In this document: positions 10,418 through 19,970 of the stretch, piece after piece
How the letters are laid out: each line of letters begins with the position of its first letter
How positions within the stretch are numbered: the first letter of the stretch is position 1
Position numbers and translations under genes: made by a program
Origin: Dehalococcoidia bacterium
GTDB taxonomy: Bacteria; Chloroflexota; Dehalococcoidia; Lucifugimonadales; UBA3495
Assembly (NCBI GenBank): GCA_963667415.1
Contig: OY763410.1
Coordinates: forward strand, 779,209 to 843,208
Direction: 5' to 3'
Length of the DNA stretch: 64,000 nucleotides
The notes under the pieces: model-generated
The model's input: only the letters and a program-made list of their open reading frames with translations
Told to the model about the DNA's origin: nothing
Databases searched by the model: none

Positions 10418-10570
10418 ATCGCCGACAAGGCCTACGATTCCGACTCCATTAAGCTGGCGCTCGCCTCGGGTGGGATAGTCGCAACTATTCCCTTGCGGGT
10501 CTACCGCCGGGTCCAGTATTGGTACGCCCCGATCCGTTACCTGACCCTCGCTTCCCGCGTGTGGTGCAGG
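10418..10570 (+). pseudogene. IS5/IS4-type DDE transposase fragment
   Basis: IADKAYDSDSIKLALASGGIVATIP resembles the ADKGYDS...L...GI..vIP block of IS5-family transposases. No flanking transposase sequence. Confidence 0.35.
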
Positions 10571-11940
10571 TGGGCCTGAGCGTACCGAATGCGAATGTTT
10601 CGTTGAGAAGTCCAGAAATAGGAAGTCTGTTCAGATAGAATTTCGCAGTCGGTTACGCTGGCCCAGGATTGGCCAATTGCCACTCACTCCTATATTGCTC
10701 CTCAGTTCTATACCAATAGTCACCAAACCTATTCCTCTACCCTTTCAGTACTGGCCACGCTGCCGACCTGAACGCAAGCGTTTCAATTCAGGTGGTTTCT
10801 AGCCACCCAACTCTTCATTCCTGCCTGCGGGAATCCAGGTCCCGCCTCACTCCTGACCTCACCACCTGACCCGAAACGATCCCCTGCTGAATTCTCTCCC
10901 TTGCCTCCATCCATCGTCTGTCGTACAATTGTTCTGATGCAAGAAACCCTGAACCACCCGATTTGGCCTGTCTCAATTAAGGACCGAAATGAGCGGGTCT
11001 TGTTACACAACGTTACAAAATGTTACATCGTCACGCGAGGGCCTCCCAGATGAGACAATGAGACTGGTCTCTCCCGACTGTCATCCAACCAAAGGAAGCA
11101 GGTTTCGTTCCATCCCGTCTGCCCAGCGATTCGGAATCCGAAGGGCGAAAGCCTCAATCCAGGAACGCTGACAGACCGACCACCTGATTTGGAGCGATGC
11201 CCACCTGAACCCGTTACTTGACAATATTCACTCAGTTACATTCGCGATTTCCATGACAGGTGCAAAGGAACCTTTTGCCGGAGCAAGAGGACGGGTAGTG
11301 TAGGGCAAGTTCCATTGCCAGCGATGTCTACAGCTAATCTGGAATTCCACAATTTGCGGAATGGACTTCTGGAGGCCTCAGCTCGGTTCTTCCAAGACAG
11401 GCCCAAACCTAAACCTTTTGGCGTCCACCGACCACGGTTTACCTCTCATCCAGACCTGCACTGAAAAATTCTGAGAAGCCTGAATGGGACGGTGGCTCTT
11501 CCGAAGTCGTTTGCAATTGCCAAGTTGCTTGCGGGCATCATGATGAAGTCTCTGCTGTGAATGATCGCCAGCGGGGCCGCCGTTTGCCTGCATTTCACAC
11601 CAGTGATGAACTACAGCAGCCCCTCCCACGGCGCGGAGAATTCTATGTCAACGGTGGTTAGCCGGGCACGACGAGGATTCAGAGATCGAGGACATCCTAG
11701 AATTTGCCGTTTCTTAGGTTGCTTCATCGGGGAGGGTTTGGCTCTCTTGTAGACAGAGTATCCGTCTTTCGCTCCTCTACTCAGATTTCCGCAAAGGATT
11801 CTATGATACTGTCCACCTCAGAGAGAAGCTGGTTTACTACGGGACTGGACAGACATACATGCCTGCCAGACATCGGAAGACAGAACGCCAACATTGGAGA
11901 CGCCTTTGGCGGACTGACGGGCGAACCCCGAGCGTTATAC

Positions 11941-11968
11941 CTGGACGGCGAATTATAGTGCCGTCCAG
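11941..11968. repeat. Perfect 9-bp-stem hairpin in a gene-poor region
   Basis: ctggacggc-gaattatagt-gccgtccag. No U-tract on either strand. Confidence 0.5.
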
Positions 11969-12116
11969 CGAGCGGCAAAGAAGACAATAGAGGAATCTAA
12001 TTTCGTGGATGCTCTAATTTCCCAAGGAAGCAAATGTACATGGACCAGTCAGCATTAAGAAACAGATTGATCGGCAGAATCTGCTATGTAAGTGGTTAAA
12101 GGAGCCTGCAATTGAC

Positions 12117-13112
12117 ATGTCGACTTTAGCAGGATTTCGACAGATAAACGATCTGGTGGAAAAGGAGGCGCGGTTCGTCCAGGTGCTGGACGCTGAGATT
12201 CGCAAGGCGATTATCGGCCAGGACCGGCTGGTGGAGCGTGCCCTGGTCGCCCTGCTTGCCGACGGGCACATTCTGCTGGAGGGCGTACCGGGTCTGGCCA
12301 AGACATTGCTGGTCAAGACCATCGGACAGGCGATCCAGGCCGGGTTCTCCCGCATCCAGTTCACCCCCGACCTGCTGCCCGCCGACCTGATCGGCACGCG
12401 GATATACAACCCCCGTACGGGCGAGTTCAGCGTCCAGAAGGGCCCGGTCTTCTCCAACCTGATACTGGCCGATGAGGTGAACCGGGCACCGGCGAAGGTA
12501 CAGAGCGCGTTGCTGGAAGCGATGCAGGAGGGGCAGGTCACCATTGGGGACACGACCTTCCCGATCGATGCCCCGTTCCTGGTGCTGGCAACGCAGAACC
12601 CTATAGAGCAGGAGGGCACCTACCCGCTTCCCGAGGCGCAGGTGGACCGTTTCATGCTCAAGGTGATCGTGGATTACCCGGCACGCTCCGAGGAAAGGGA
12701 AATCATCGAGCGCATGACTTCGGGCGCCCCGCTGAACGTGCAGCCCGTGGTGGATGCCCAGTACATCATGAGCGCCCGGGAAATCGTCCGCCAGATATAC
12801 GTGGACGAAAAGATCAAGGACTATGTGCTCGACCTCGTGATTGCGACCAGGGACCCCGCAGCGGCGGGTCTCGACAGCTTGGTGAACCTGATCTCATTTG
12901 GCGCTTCTCCCAGGGCCGGCATCTTCCTGATAGCCGCCGCCCGGGCCTATGCCTTCGTCAAGGGGCGCGGCTATGTGGTCCCCGACGATATCAAGCAGAT
13001 TGCGCCCGACGTGCTGCGGCACCGGGTGATCACCACCTTCGAGGCTGAGGCCCAGGATGTGACCGGCGAGCATATAGTCCAGCGCATCCTGGACAACGTC
13101 GAAGTGCCGTAA
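12117..13112 (+). CDS. moxR: MoxR-family AAA+ ATPase
   Basis: 331 aa. Walker A-like LLEGVPGLAKT, Walker B LLADEVNRAP, and typical MoxR length and C-terminal lid. First gene of the Bat-like operon. Confidence 0.9.
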   Translation: MSTLAGFRQINDLVEKEARFVQVLDAEIRKAIIGQDRLVERALVALLADGHILLEGVPGLAKTLLVKTIGQAIQAGFSRIQFTPDLLPADLIGTRIYNPRTGEFSVQKGPVFSNLILADEVNRAPAKVQSALLEAMQEGQVTIGDTTFPIDAPFLVLATQNPIEQEGTYPLPEAQVDRFMLKVIVDYPARSEEREIIERMTSGAPLNVQPVVDAQYIMSAREIVRQIYVDEKIKDYVLDLVIATRDPAAAGLDSLVNLISFGASPRAGIFLIAAARAYAFVKGRGYVVPDDIKQIAPDVLRHRVITTFEAEAQDVTGEHIVQRILDNVEVP

Positions 13113-14000
13113 ATGCTCACCGATGACCTGATCGCCAGGATCCGCCGGATCGAGATCACTACCCGGAAGCTGGTTAACGACAGCTTCGCCGGGGAGTACC
13201 AGTCGGTGTTCAAGGGACGCGGAATGGAGTTCGACGAGGTGCGCCAGTACCATCCCGGCGACGATGTGCGCTCCATCGACTGGAACGTGACTGCCAGGAC
13301 GGGCGAACCCCACGTCAAGAGCTACATCGAGGAACGGGAACTGACGGTGATGCTGGTTGTGGACGTCAGCGGCTCCGGGGACTTCGGCACACGCAACCGC
13401 TTCAAGCGAGACTTGGCCGTTGAACTGGCAGCGGTTATGTCCTTCGCTGCCACAACCAACAACGACAAAGTCGGGCTGCTGCTGTTCACCGACCGGGTGG
13501 AGTCGCTGGTGCCGCCAAGGAAGGGGCGAAGCCATGTTCTCAGGATGGTGCGGGACCTGCTACTGTTCCAACCTGAGGGTGTCGGCACCGATATTACGCT
13601 TGCGCTGAACACGGTCCACCGGATGCTGAAGCGGCGCAGCATCGTCTTCCTGGTCTCCGATTTCCTGGCCGATCCGGAATCGTACAGGCAGGCCATGCTG
13701 GTCGCCAACCGGCGGCACGACGTGGTGGCCTTCGACCTTAGCGATCCGCTGGAGCACGAGATCAGCAACGTGGGTGTAATCGCGCTGGAAGATGCCGAGA
13801 GCGGACATCTGCGCTTGGTGGACACCGCAAGCAGGCAGTGGCGAGAGGAGTTCAGCGGCAGGGTGGCCCGGCAGGAGGAGGGCAAGCGCGACGTCCTTAT
13901 GACTGCGGGCGTGGACCGGGTGGGAGTCACCACGGAAAAGGACTACGTTGCCGAGGTCGGTGCGTTCTTCAAGACCCGGCTGCAAAGGCTGGGGCGATAA
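13113..14000 (+). CDS. DUF58 family protein (vWA-like, MoxR partner)
   Basis: 295 aa. Start abuts the moxR stop (TAAATG). Contains FKGRGMEFDEVRQYHPGDDVRSIDWNVTAR, the hallmark DUF58 block, followed by a vWA-like fold segment. Confidence 0.85.
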   Translation: MLTDDLIARIRRIEITTRKLVNDSFAGEYQSVFKGRGMEFDEVRQYHPGDDVRSIDWNVTARTGEPHVKSYIEERELTVMLVVDVSGSGDFGTRNRFKRDLAVELAAVMSFAATTNNDKVGLLLFTDRVESLVPPRKGRSHVLRMVRDLLLFQPEGVGTDITLALNTVHRMLKRRSIVFLVSDFLADPESYRQAMLVANRRHDVVAFDLSDPLEHEISNVGVIALEDAESGHLRLVDTASRQWREEFSGRVARQEEGKRDVLMTAGVDRVGVTTEKDYVAEVGAFFKTRLQRLGR

Positions 14001-14002
14001 TA

Positions 14003-15067
14003 TTGCTGGCCGCTCGCGGCATACTACACCGCCGCCGCCGTAGCCTGCGCGGTACGGGTTCCTTGGGGCGATCATACCTGCTGGTTTTCGTTGCGCTGTC
14101 CGTCATGGCCGTTGCAGCCGCGCCCGCCCAGACTGGCCTGCCGCCCGGCGTCCGCGTCTCGCTGGTGGCCGATTCTTCAGAGCTGACTGTGGGCGACCTG
14201 GTAACCATCAGTCTCATTGTTTCCCATCCCGAGGACTCCACCGTGGTGATTCCCAGGTTGGAACGCGATTGGGGGCCCTTTGAGGTACAGGCGCAAACGT
14301 CCGTGCAGACGGTCTCCCTCACCGATGACATCCGAACGGTCGCAAAGCAGTTTCGCGTAACGCTGTTTGCTCCCGGCACCTTCGAGACGCCCGACATCTC
14401 GGTCTCAGTTCGCGGCCCGGATGGTACCGTCGTACAGGTCTCCCCTGCCCCCATACAGTTGACCGTGAACTCCGTACTGGCGTCGCCTGATGAGGAACTG
14501 AAAGACCTGCGCCCCCCTGCAGACCTTTCAACTCCGTTCTGGGAGCGGACGGTTGTTCTCGTCCTGATAGTTGTTGCAGCCCTCACAATTGCGGCTGGGA
14601 CTGCTTTCCATTTATATCGCCGTTCGCGCCGTGCGGACCAGCCAGCCGCAGCCATGCCGGACCTGCGAACGCCCTGGGAAATCGCGACCCAGGAACTGGA
14701 CCGCATTGCCCGCCTCGACCTTCCTGCAAGCGGCGAGATGAAGGAGCACTACACCCTGGTGGCAGCGGCGCTCCGCACCTACCTGGGAGCGACATACCGG
14801 CGAGATGCAGGAGGCCGCAACGTCGAGGATATGTCGACGGAGGAAATCACTGCAAGCATCGGGCAATCGGCGCTCGATGACGCTAACGCCAAGCTGGTCG
14901 TCGAACTGCTCCAGGAAGCGGACCTGGTGAAGTTCGCCAACTACGAGCCAACCGTGGCCGGGGCCAACGAAGCGGTAGTACGAGTGCGAAGCATCATCGA
15001 GGCCACGCGAGCAACCGTCTCCACAGCGCCAGACGCCACACCGGGCGTGCATGGAGCGGCGCCGTGA
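14003..15067 (+). CDS. Membrane protein with BatD-like N-terminal ectodomain and a central TM segment (DUF4381-like position in Bat operons)
   Basis: I prefer the in-frame TTG at 14003 over the tracked start at 13838, which overlaps DUF58. Signal-like LLVFVALSVMAVAAAPAQ and TM segment VVLVLIVVAALTIAAGTAF. The stop overlaps the next start (GTGA). Confidence 0.55.
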   Translation: MLAARGILHRRRRSLRGTGSLGRSYLLVFVALSVMAVAAAPAQTGLPPGVRVSLVADSSELTVGDLVTISLIVSHPEDSTVVIPRLERDWGPFEVQAQTSVQTVSLTDDIRTVAKQFRVTLFAPGTFETPDISVSVRGPDGTVVQVSPAPIQLTVNSVLASPDEELKDLRPPADLSTPFWERTVVLVLIVVAALTIAAGTAFHLYRRSRRADQPAAAMPDLRTPWEIATQELDRIARLDLPASGEMKEHYTLVAAALRTYLGATYRRDAGGRNVEDMSTEEITASIGQSALDDANAKLVVELLQEADLVKFANYEPTVAGANEAVVRVRSIIEATRATVSTAPDATPGVHGAAP

Positions 15068-16035
15068 CCGATATAACATTCGAGTCGCAGTGGCTGCTGT
15101 TCCTGCTGCTCGCAGTTCCGCTGCTAGCGACGGTTCCCCATCTCAGGAAGCGCTGGATGGGGTCTTCGGCAATGAGGTACGCCGACACGGGCCTGGTATC
15201 CACGGGTGGTCGGTCGCTCAGGCTGCGGCTAATGCCCTGGGTCTCGGCCCTGCGATTCATTGCGCTGGCCCTCGTCATAGTCGCCGCTGCCCGCCCGCAG
15301 ATTGCGGACGCCCGGGAGGTAATCCGCGGCGAGGGCGTGGACATCGCCATCGCGGTGGACATATCCGGCAGCATGGGGCAAACGGACTTTGCCCCGCACC
15401 GGCTGGGAGCCGCCAAGCAGATAATTGCCGAATTCATCGAGGAACGACAGTACGACCGCATCGGGCTGGTCGTATTCTCCCAGGAGGCTTTCATACAGAG
15501 TCCACCCACCCTGGACCACGATGTGTTGCTCCGCCTGCTGAGCGATGTGCATCTGGCTGACCAGCTGGGCATCGAAGACGGCACCGCCATCGGCAGCGGC
15601 CTGGCGACGGCCGCCAATATGCTGAAGGACTCCGGCTCCGAGAGCAGGTTGGTAACCCTGCTCACCGACGGCGTAAACAACTCGGGCCAGTTGGACCCGA
15701 TTACTGTCGCAACGGCGGCAGAGGCCCTCGACATCAAGCTGTACACCATCGGAGTGGGGACTGCTCTGAGCGGGAGGACGGCGGAGGAAAGCCCCCTGGA
15801 CGAGGAGACGCTCCAGGAAATCGCGAACATCACAGACGCAAAGTACTATCGGGCCACGGACGCTGAAGGACTGCGGGACATCTACTCAGAGATCAACGCA
15901 CTCGAGAAAACAGAGGTTGAGGTCCTGATATTCACCCGCTACCGGGAGGTGCTTGCCTGGTTCCTTCTGCCGGCCCTGATGCTGATTCTGCTGGAAGTGC
16001 TGCTCACCCGGACCGTGTTCAGGAGGATACCGTAG
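15064..16035 (+). CDS. batA: vWA-domain membrane protein, BatA-like
   Basis: 323 aa. N-terminal TM segments, vWA MIDAS motif (DISGSM), C-terminal TM. Its position after MoxR/DUF58 follows Bat operon order. Confidence 0.8.
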   Translation: MTDITFESQWLLFLLLAVPLLATVPHLRKRWMGSSAMRYADTGLVSTGGRSLRLRLMPWVSALRFIALALVIVAAARPQIADAREVIRGEGVDIAIAVDISGSMGQTDFAPHRLGAAKQIIAEFIEERQYDRIGLVVFSQEAFIQSPPTLDHDVLLRLLSDVHLADQLGIEDGTAIGSGLATAANMLKDSGSESRLVTLLTDGVNNSGQLDPITVATAAEALDIKLYTIGVGTALSGRTAEESPLDEETLQEIANITDAKYYRATDAEGLRDIYSEINALEKTEVEVLIFTRYREVLAWFLLPALMLILLEVLLTRTVFRRIP

Positions 16036-16040
16036 TCGCC

Positions 16041-17078
16041 ATGTCCTTCGGAGCGCCGCAATTCCTGATTATCCTGGCTGCGTTGCCCGCGTTAGCGTTG
16101 TTCCTGTGGTGGGCGTGGGCACGACGTGCTGCAGCCCTGCGACGGATCGGCGACACGGCCCTCTTCGAACGCCTGGGCCTGGCGGCCGGCCGCAGAGTGC
16201 GCGGCCTTCGGCTGGCCCTTTGGTTCATCGGCGTGGCTCTGCTGATTCTGTCCCTGGCCCGGCCCCAGTGGGGGAGCGACATCGAAATCGTCGAGCAGGG
16301 CGGGGTCCAGGTCATAGTGGCCCTGGACGTCTCCCGCAGCATGCTGGCCCAGGACCTGAAACCCACCCGCCTCGACCGGGCCAAGCTGGAGATTTCCGAC
16401 CTCATATCCAGGCTGGAGGGAGACGAGGTCGGCATCGTGCTGTTCTCCGGGGCCAGCTTCATCCAGTTCCCGCTGACCTCCGACTACGCCACCGCCCGGA
16501 CTTACCTGAACCACGCCAGCCCCAACTCCATCACCCGCCAGGGCACGGTCATCGCCGAGGCCATCGAGACCGCAATGGGGGGATTCAGCACCGAGCGGGA
16601 GCACCAGCAGGTCATCGTTATCATGACCGACGGCGAAAACCACGAGGGCGATCCCATCACCGCCGCTCGCGAGGCAGCGGAGCAGGGCGCCGTGATCTAC
16701 GCCGTCGGCTTCGGTTCGCCCGACGGGGCCCCTGTGCCCGAATACGATGAACGTGGGGAAGTCTCCGGATACAGCCAGAACGCCGAGGGCCAGGTGCTCA
16801 TCTCCAGGATCGATGAGGTTGGGCTGCAACAGATCGCAGAAAGCGGGGGCGGCCGGTACTTCAGGGCAACCGACGGCGGCGCCATCGTCGGGCTGGCCGA
16901 TGAGATTCAGTCGTTCCAGGACCGCAGCCTCCAGAGCGAATTCAGCCAGAGGAAGGTGGAGCGGTTCCAGCTGTTCCTGCTGGCGGGCGCCCTGTGCCTC
17001 GCACTGGCCGAGTTGACGACCGACCGGCTCTTTATTCCTCGGCGACCAAGGCGGCAAGCACCCTCGGAGGGAGCCTGA
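16041..17078 (+). CDS. batB: vWA-domain membrane protein, BatB-like
   Basis: 345 aa. MIDAS DVSRSM, vWA fold, N- and C-terminal TM segments. Confidence 0.8.
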   Translation: MSFGAPQFLIILAALPALALFLWWAWARRAAALRRIGDTALFERLGLAAGRRVRGLRLALWFIGVALLILSLARPQWGSDIEIVEQGGVQVIVALDVSRSMLAQDLKPTRLDRAKLEISDLISRLEGDEVGIVLFSGASFIQFPLTSDYATARTYLNHASPNSITRQGTVIAEAIETAMGGFSTEREHQQVIVIMTDGENHEGDPITAAREAAEQGAVIYAVGFGSPDGAPVPEYDERGEVSGYSQNAEGQVLISRIDEVGLQQIAESGGGRYFRATDGGAIVGLADEIQSFQDRSLQSEFSQRKVERFQLFLLAGALCLALAELTTDRLFIPRRPRRQAPSEGA

Positions 17079-17079
17079 G

Positions 17080-17739
17080 ATGCCTTCTCGGGTAATACTG
17101 GTTGCCGTAGCTTTGCTCTCGGTCTGCCTGATTGCCTGCGGGCCGACTCCGGCCCAGGTCAACAATTCGGGCCACGAGTCGTATCTGGCTGGCGACTACA
17201 CGAGCGCCCTTGAGACCTACCAGGACGCTCAGCATCGCGCTCCCGAGTCCGGTGAGCCTTACTACAACTCCGGCAACGCACTCTACCGCACGGAGGATTA
17301 CGAGGAGGCGTTGCAAAGCTACGACCAGTCGCTGCGGCACGCCGGCGGAGAGTTGCGGTCGCGCGGGTTCTTCAACCGGGGCAATGCCGCCTTCCAGCAG
17401 GAGAATTATCCCGACGCCGTGGAGGCATACGAGGAGGCGTTGCGGATGAACCCGGACGACCGCGACGCCAAGCACAACCTGGAACTGGCCTTGCAGAGAA
17501 TGTCCTCAGAGGACGAGCAACAGCAGGACGAACAACAGGATGAGCAACAGCAGGACGAAGAGGAAGAGGAGCAAGATGAGGAGGAGCAGGACGCGGAAGC
17601 CGAGGAACAGGACCAGCCCATAACGGAGACCCAGGCCCGTCAGATACTGGAATCGGTTGGTGAGGCCGCCCAGACCCTCCAGGAGCGCCGGGGGCAGGTG
17701 CTGGTCTCTCCCAAGCCTCCCAGCGAGTTCGACTGGTAG
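17080..17739 (+). CDS. batC: TPR-repeat lipoprotein, BatC-like, with poly-acidic C-terminal tail
   Basis: Lipobox LIAC, TPR-like repeats (YYNSGNALYRTEDYEEAL..., FFNRGNAAFQQENYPDAVEAYEEAL), then an EQQQDEQQDEQQQDEEEEEQDEEEQDAEAEEQDQ tail. Confidence 0.7.
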   Translation: MPSRVILVAVALLSVCLIACGPTPAQVNNSGHESYLAGDYTSALETYQDAQHRAPESGEPYYNSGNALYRTEDYEEALQSYDQSLRHAGGELRSRGFFNRGNAAFQQENYPDAVEAYEEALRMNPDDRDAKHNLELALQRMSSEDEQQQDEQQDEQQQDEEEEEQDEEEQDAEAEEQDQPITETQARQILESVGEAAQTLQERRGQVLVSPKPPSEFDW

Positions 17740-17747
17740 TCCAGGAC

Positions 17748-19148
17748 ATGACCCCTCTATCGAACATAAGGCGATTCCTGACCGTCGTCTCCATTGCCGC
17801 CCTGGCGATGGCGGCTGTAGCCGTCCCTAGCGTCCGCGCCCAGTCGCCCCCCGGCGAGGCGCTGTTTGTCAGGGCGTCGGTGGACAATGACCGTCCCTAC
17901 CTGGGACAGCAGATTACCTACAGCCTGCAGATCTACCAAAGCAGGGATGCAGACCTGTCGTCCGTTCGGGTTACGTACAACGCGCCGGACTTCGCCGGTT
18001 TCTGGAACAGCCAGCAGACGAGACAGGATGAGTACGACGAAACCGTAGGAACCGGCGAGTACCGGGTCGTCGAGGTGCGAACCGTGCTATTCGCCAGCAT
18101 CGTCGGAGCCGGGCAAATCGAGCCCGCAATCCTGGAGGTCTCGGCCGGAGCGTCGGGCTCCCCAGGCCAAGTGCAGAGCGATTCCGTGGCGGTGGAAGTG
18201 CGCCCCCTGCCCGTCCCGGAGCCAGCAGGGTTCACGGGGGCCGTGGGCAGCTTCGAGGTCTCCACCTCTGCGGATGCCACCGAGGGAAATCTCAACGAGC
18301 CTGTTACTTTGACAGTCAGAATTTCTGGGGAAGGAAACATCGAGGCGCTTCCCGACCCCCAGTGGCTAGAGTTCGTTGGCTGGCGAGTCATCGAGTCGCC
18401 GGTAAGCGTTGAAAGTCAGGTCGTGGCCGGGCAGATCACCGGGAGCCGCACTTACGAGATAGTCCTTATGCCGGAACAGGCTGGGCGGCTGAATATCCCC
18501 GAGATTCGTTATCCCTATTTCGACCCGTCCCTGGAGCGGTATGTCGAAATTGCCACTGCCCCGATCGCTGTGAGCATCGGAGACGCCGCTGGTGCCCCTG
18601 CGGTCCCTTCGCTGCCATCCGTCGAGGATGCCGAGGAAAAAGCCCCGGCGGTGCGGCCCATCAAGGCAGCGCCGCCGTCCCTGCGCCGACCTGGAACGGA
18701 ACTGGCGGATAGCCCGGTGTACTGGGCTGCATGGGCCATCCCCGCGCTTGCCATAGCTGGGGTGCTGGTATGGCGGAGGCGAATCACCTCACAGGAGGCT
18801 ACACGTGCCGAGGCCCTGCGCGACAACGCCCTGCCCAACGCCCGGGCGGCGTTGGCCCGAGCTGTCGCCTCCGGCGACGACCTTGCGGTGGCTGCCTCCG
18901 AGGCGGTGCTGTCCTACCTGTCTGCACGGCTGGAAATGCCGACGCGGGGGGTGACCCGCGAGGCGCTGTTCCACAGGCTGCGTGAGGCGGGGATATCGCC
19001 TCATCTGGAAGGGGAGGTAGGCGAGGTACTGACTGCCGGTGAGTCGGCCAGGTACACCCCTTTGGCTTCGGGCTCTGCGGCGGCTGGCGACCAGGTTGAG
19101 CGAGTCTCGCACCTGTTGGGCGAACTCGAACTGGTACTCACGCCATGA
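17748..19148 (+). CDS. batD: BatD-like protein
   Basis: 466 aa. Signal peptide, BatD-type beta-rich ectodomain repeats, late TM segment (VYWAAWAIPALAIAGVLVW). Operon position matches. Confidence 0.7.
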   Translation: MTPLSNIRRFLTVVSIAALAMAAVAVPSVRAQSPPGEALFVRASVDNDRPYLGQQITYSLQIYQSRDADLSSVRVTYNAPDFAGFWNSQQTRQDEYDETVGTGEYRVVEVRTVLFASIVGAGQIEPAILEVSAGASGSPGQVQSDSVAVEVRPLPVPEPAGFTGAVGSFEVSTSADATEGNLNEPVTLTVRISGEGNIEALPDPQWLEFVGWRVIESPVSVESQVVAGQITGSRTYEIVLMPEQAGRLNIPEIRYPYFDPSLERYVEIATAPIAVSIGDAAGAPAVPSLPSVEDAEEKAPAVRPIKAAPPSLRRPGTELADSPVYWAAWAIPALAIAGVLVWRRRITSQEATRAEALRDNALPNARAALARAVASGDDLAVAASEAVLSYLSARLEMPTRGVTREALFHRLREAGISPHLEGEVGEVLTAGESARYTPLASGSAAAGDQVERVSHLLGELELVLTP

Positions 19149-19960
19149 GCCGTCCGGTCGGTGTCACTATGGGCTTGATGGTGGCTATCGCCGTATTTGC
19201 GGCGCTGGCGACAGGTGCCATGGCCCAGGAACCGTCGGCGCGGGTCATGATGGCCGTGGCCAACCAGCGGTTCGAGCGCGGGGAGTACGCCGAGGCCGCC
19301 CAGCAGTACGAGGCCCTGGTCGGCCTGGGGTACCGGGACCCTGCCGTCTACTTCAACCTTGGCAACGCTTTCCTGGAGGACGGAGATCTGGGGCGGGCCG
19401 TCCTCAATTACCTCCGGGCCGAGGAGCTGTCGCCCCGCGACCCGGACATCATCGCCAACCTGGACCTTGCCCGCAGCCGGACGGTGGACCGGTTGCAGGC
19501 CGAGGGAGACTCGTTGGTGGCCAGCCTTGCCGACTTCGGGAGACGCTGGGCCACTCCCGCCGAATTCGCGATCGCCGCTCTGCTGCTGTGGGCCGTGGCC
19601 GGGATTGCCGTTAGCGCCTTGATCCTCCGCCCGGCCATTCGCGGTAGGGATATTATCCGCGGTGGGGCTGCCGCCGCTTTCGTTGTAATGCTCATCCCGC
19701 TGGTGTTGCTGCTGAGTATGCTCTTTTCCAACCCCTACGAAAACACCGGCGTGGTCACTGCCAGGACGGTCGATGTACTGAGCGGACCGGGGCCGCAGTA
19801 CGACGAGGAGTTCGCACTGCACAGTGGCGCGCAGGTTCGCTTGGTGGACTCTCGCCACGGCTGGCTGCGGGTTGCCCTACCCGGCGCCGAACTGCAGGGC
19901 TGGCTCCCGTCCCACGCCATCGAGGCCGTAGCGGGGGACGGCGACGGTGGCTATCCTTGA
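19145..19960 (+). CDS. batE: TPR plus SH3b-like protein, BatE-like
   Basis: ATGA start/stop overlap with batD. Signal peptide, TPR repeats, TM segments, and a C-terminal SH3-like motif (HGWLRVALPGAELQGWLPSHAIE). Confidence 0.65.
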   Translation: MSRPVGVTMGLMVAIAVFAALATGAMAQEPSARVMMAVANQRFERGEYAEAAQQYEALVGLGYRDPAVYFNLGNAFLEDGDLGRAVLNYLRAEELSPRDPDIIANLDLARSRTVDRLQAEGDSLVASLADFGRRWATPAEFAIAALLLWAVAGIAVSALILRPAIRGRDIIRGGAAAAFVVMLIPLVLLLSMLFSNPYENTGVVTARTVDVLSGPGPQYDEEFALHSGAQVRLVDSRHGWLRVALPGAELQGWLPSHAIEAVAGDGDGGYP

Positions 19961-19970
19961 AACTTGTCAG

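Noticed and set aside
11378-11629. 83-aa ORF with VVHHW...NGGP...LHHD spacing reminiscent of an HNH nuclease (group II intron or phage remnant).
   Set aside because: No Cys/His zinc-finger pairs in the proper positions. Stops lie immediately upstream in frame. No reverse-transcriptase or intron domain V/VI-like sequence nearby.
13838-14002. The tracked start (13838) of the third Bat-operon gene, and the tracked start (34173) of the amidohydrolase.
   Set aside because: The 13838 start would overlap DUF58 by 160 nt, whereas an in-frame TTG at 14003 sits right before the signal-peptide-like segment. For the amidohydrolase, the first 52 codons are Arg/Cys-rich junk, and MAKSGFRVMDSDMHIVEP at 34017 matches the family N-terminus.
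16092-17165. 357-aa minus-strand ORF. Similar long antisense ORFs lie at 13322-13933, 13969-14706, 14994-15833 and 19001-19858 inside the Bat-like operon.
   Set aside because: All are antisense to plus-strand genes with clear family motifs and coupled junctions. Their sequences are low-complexity.
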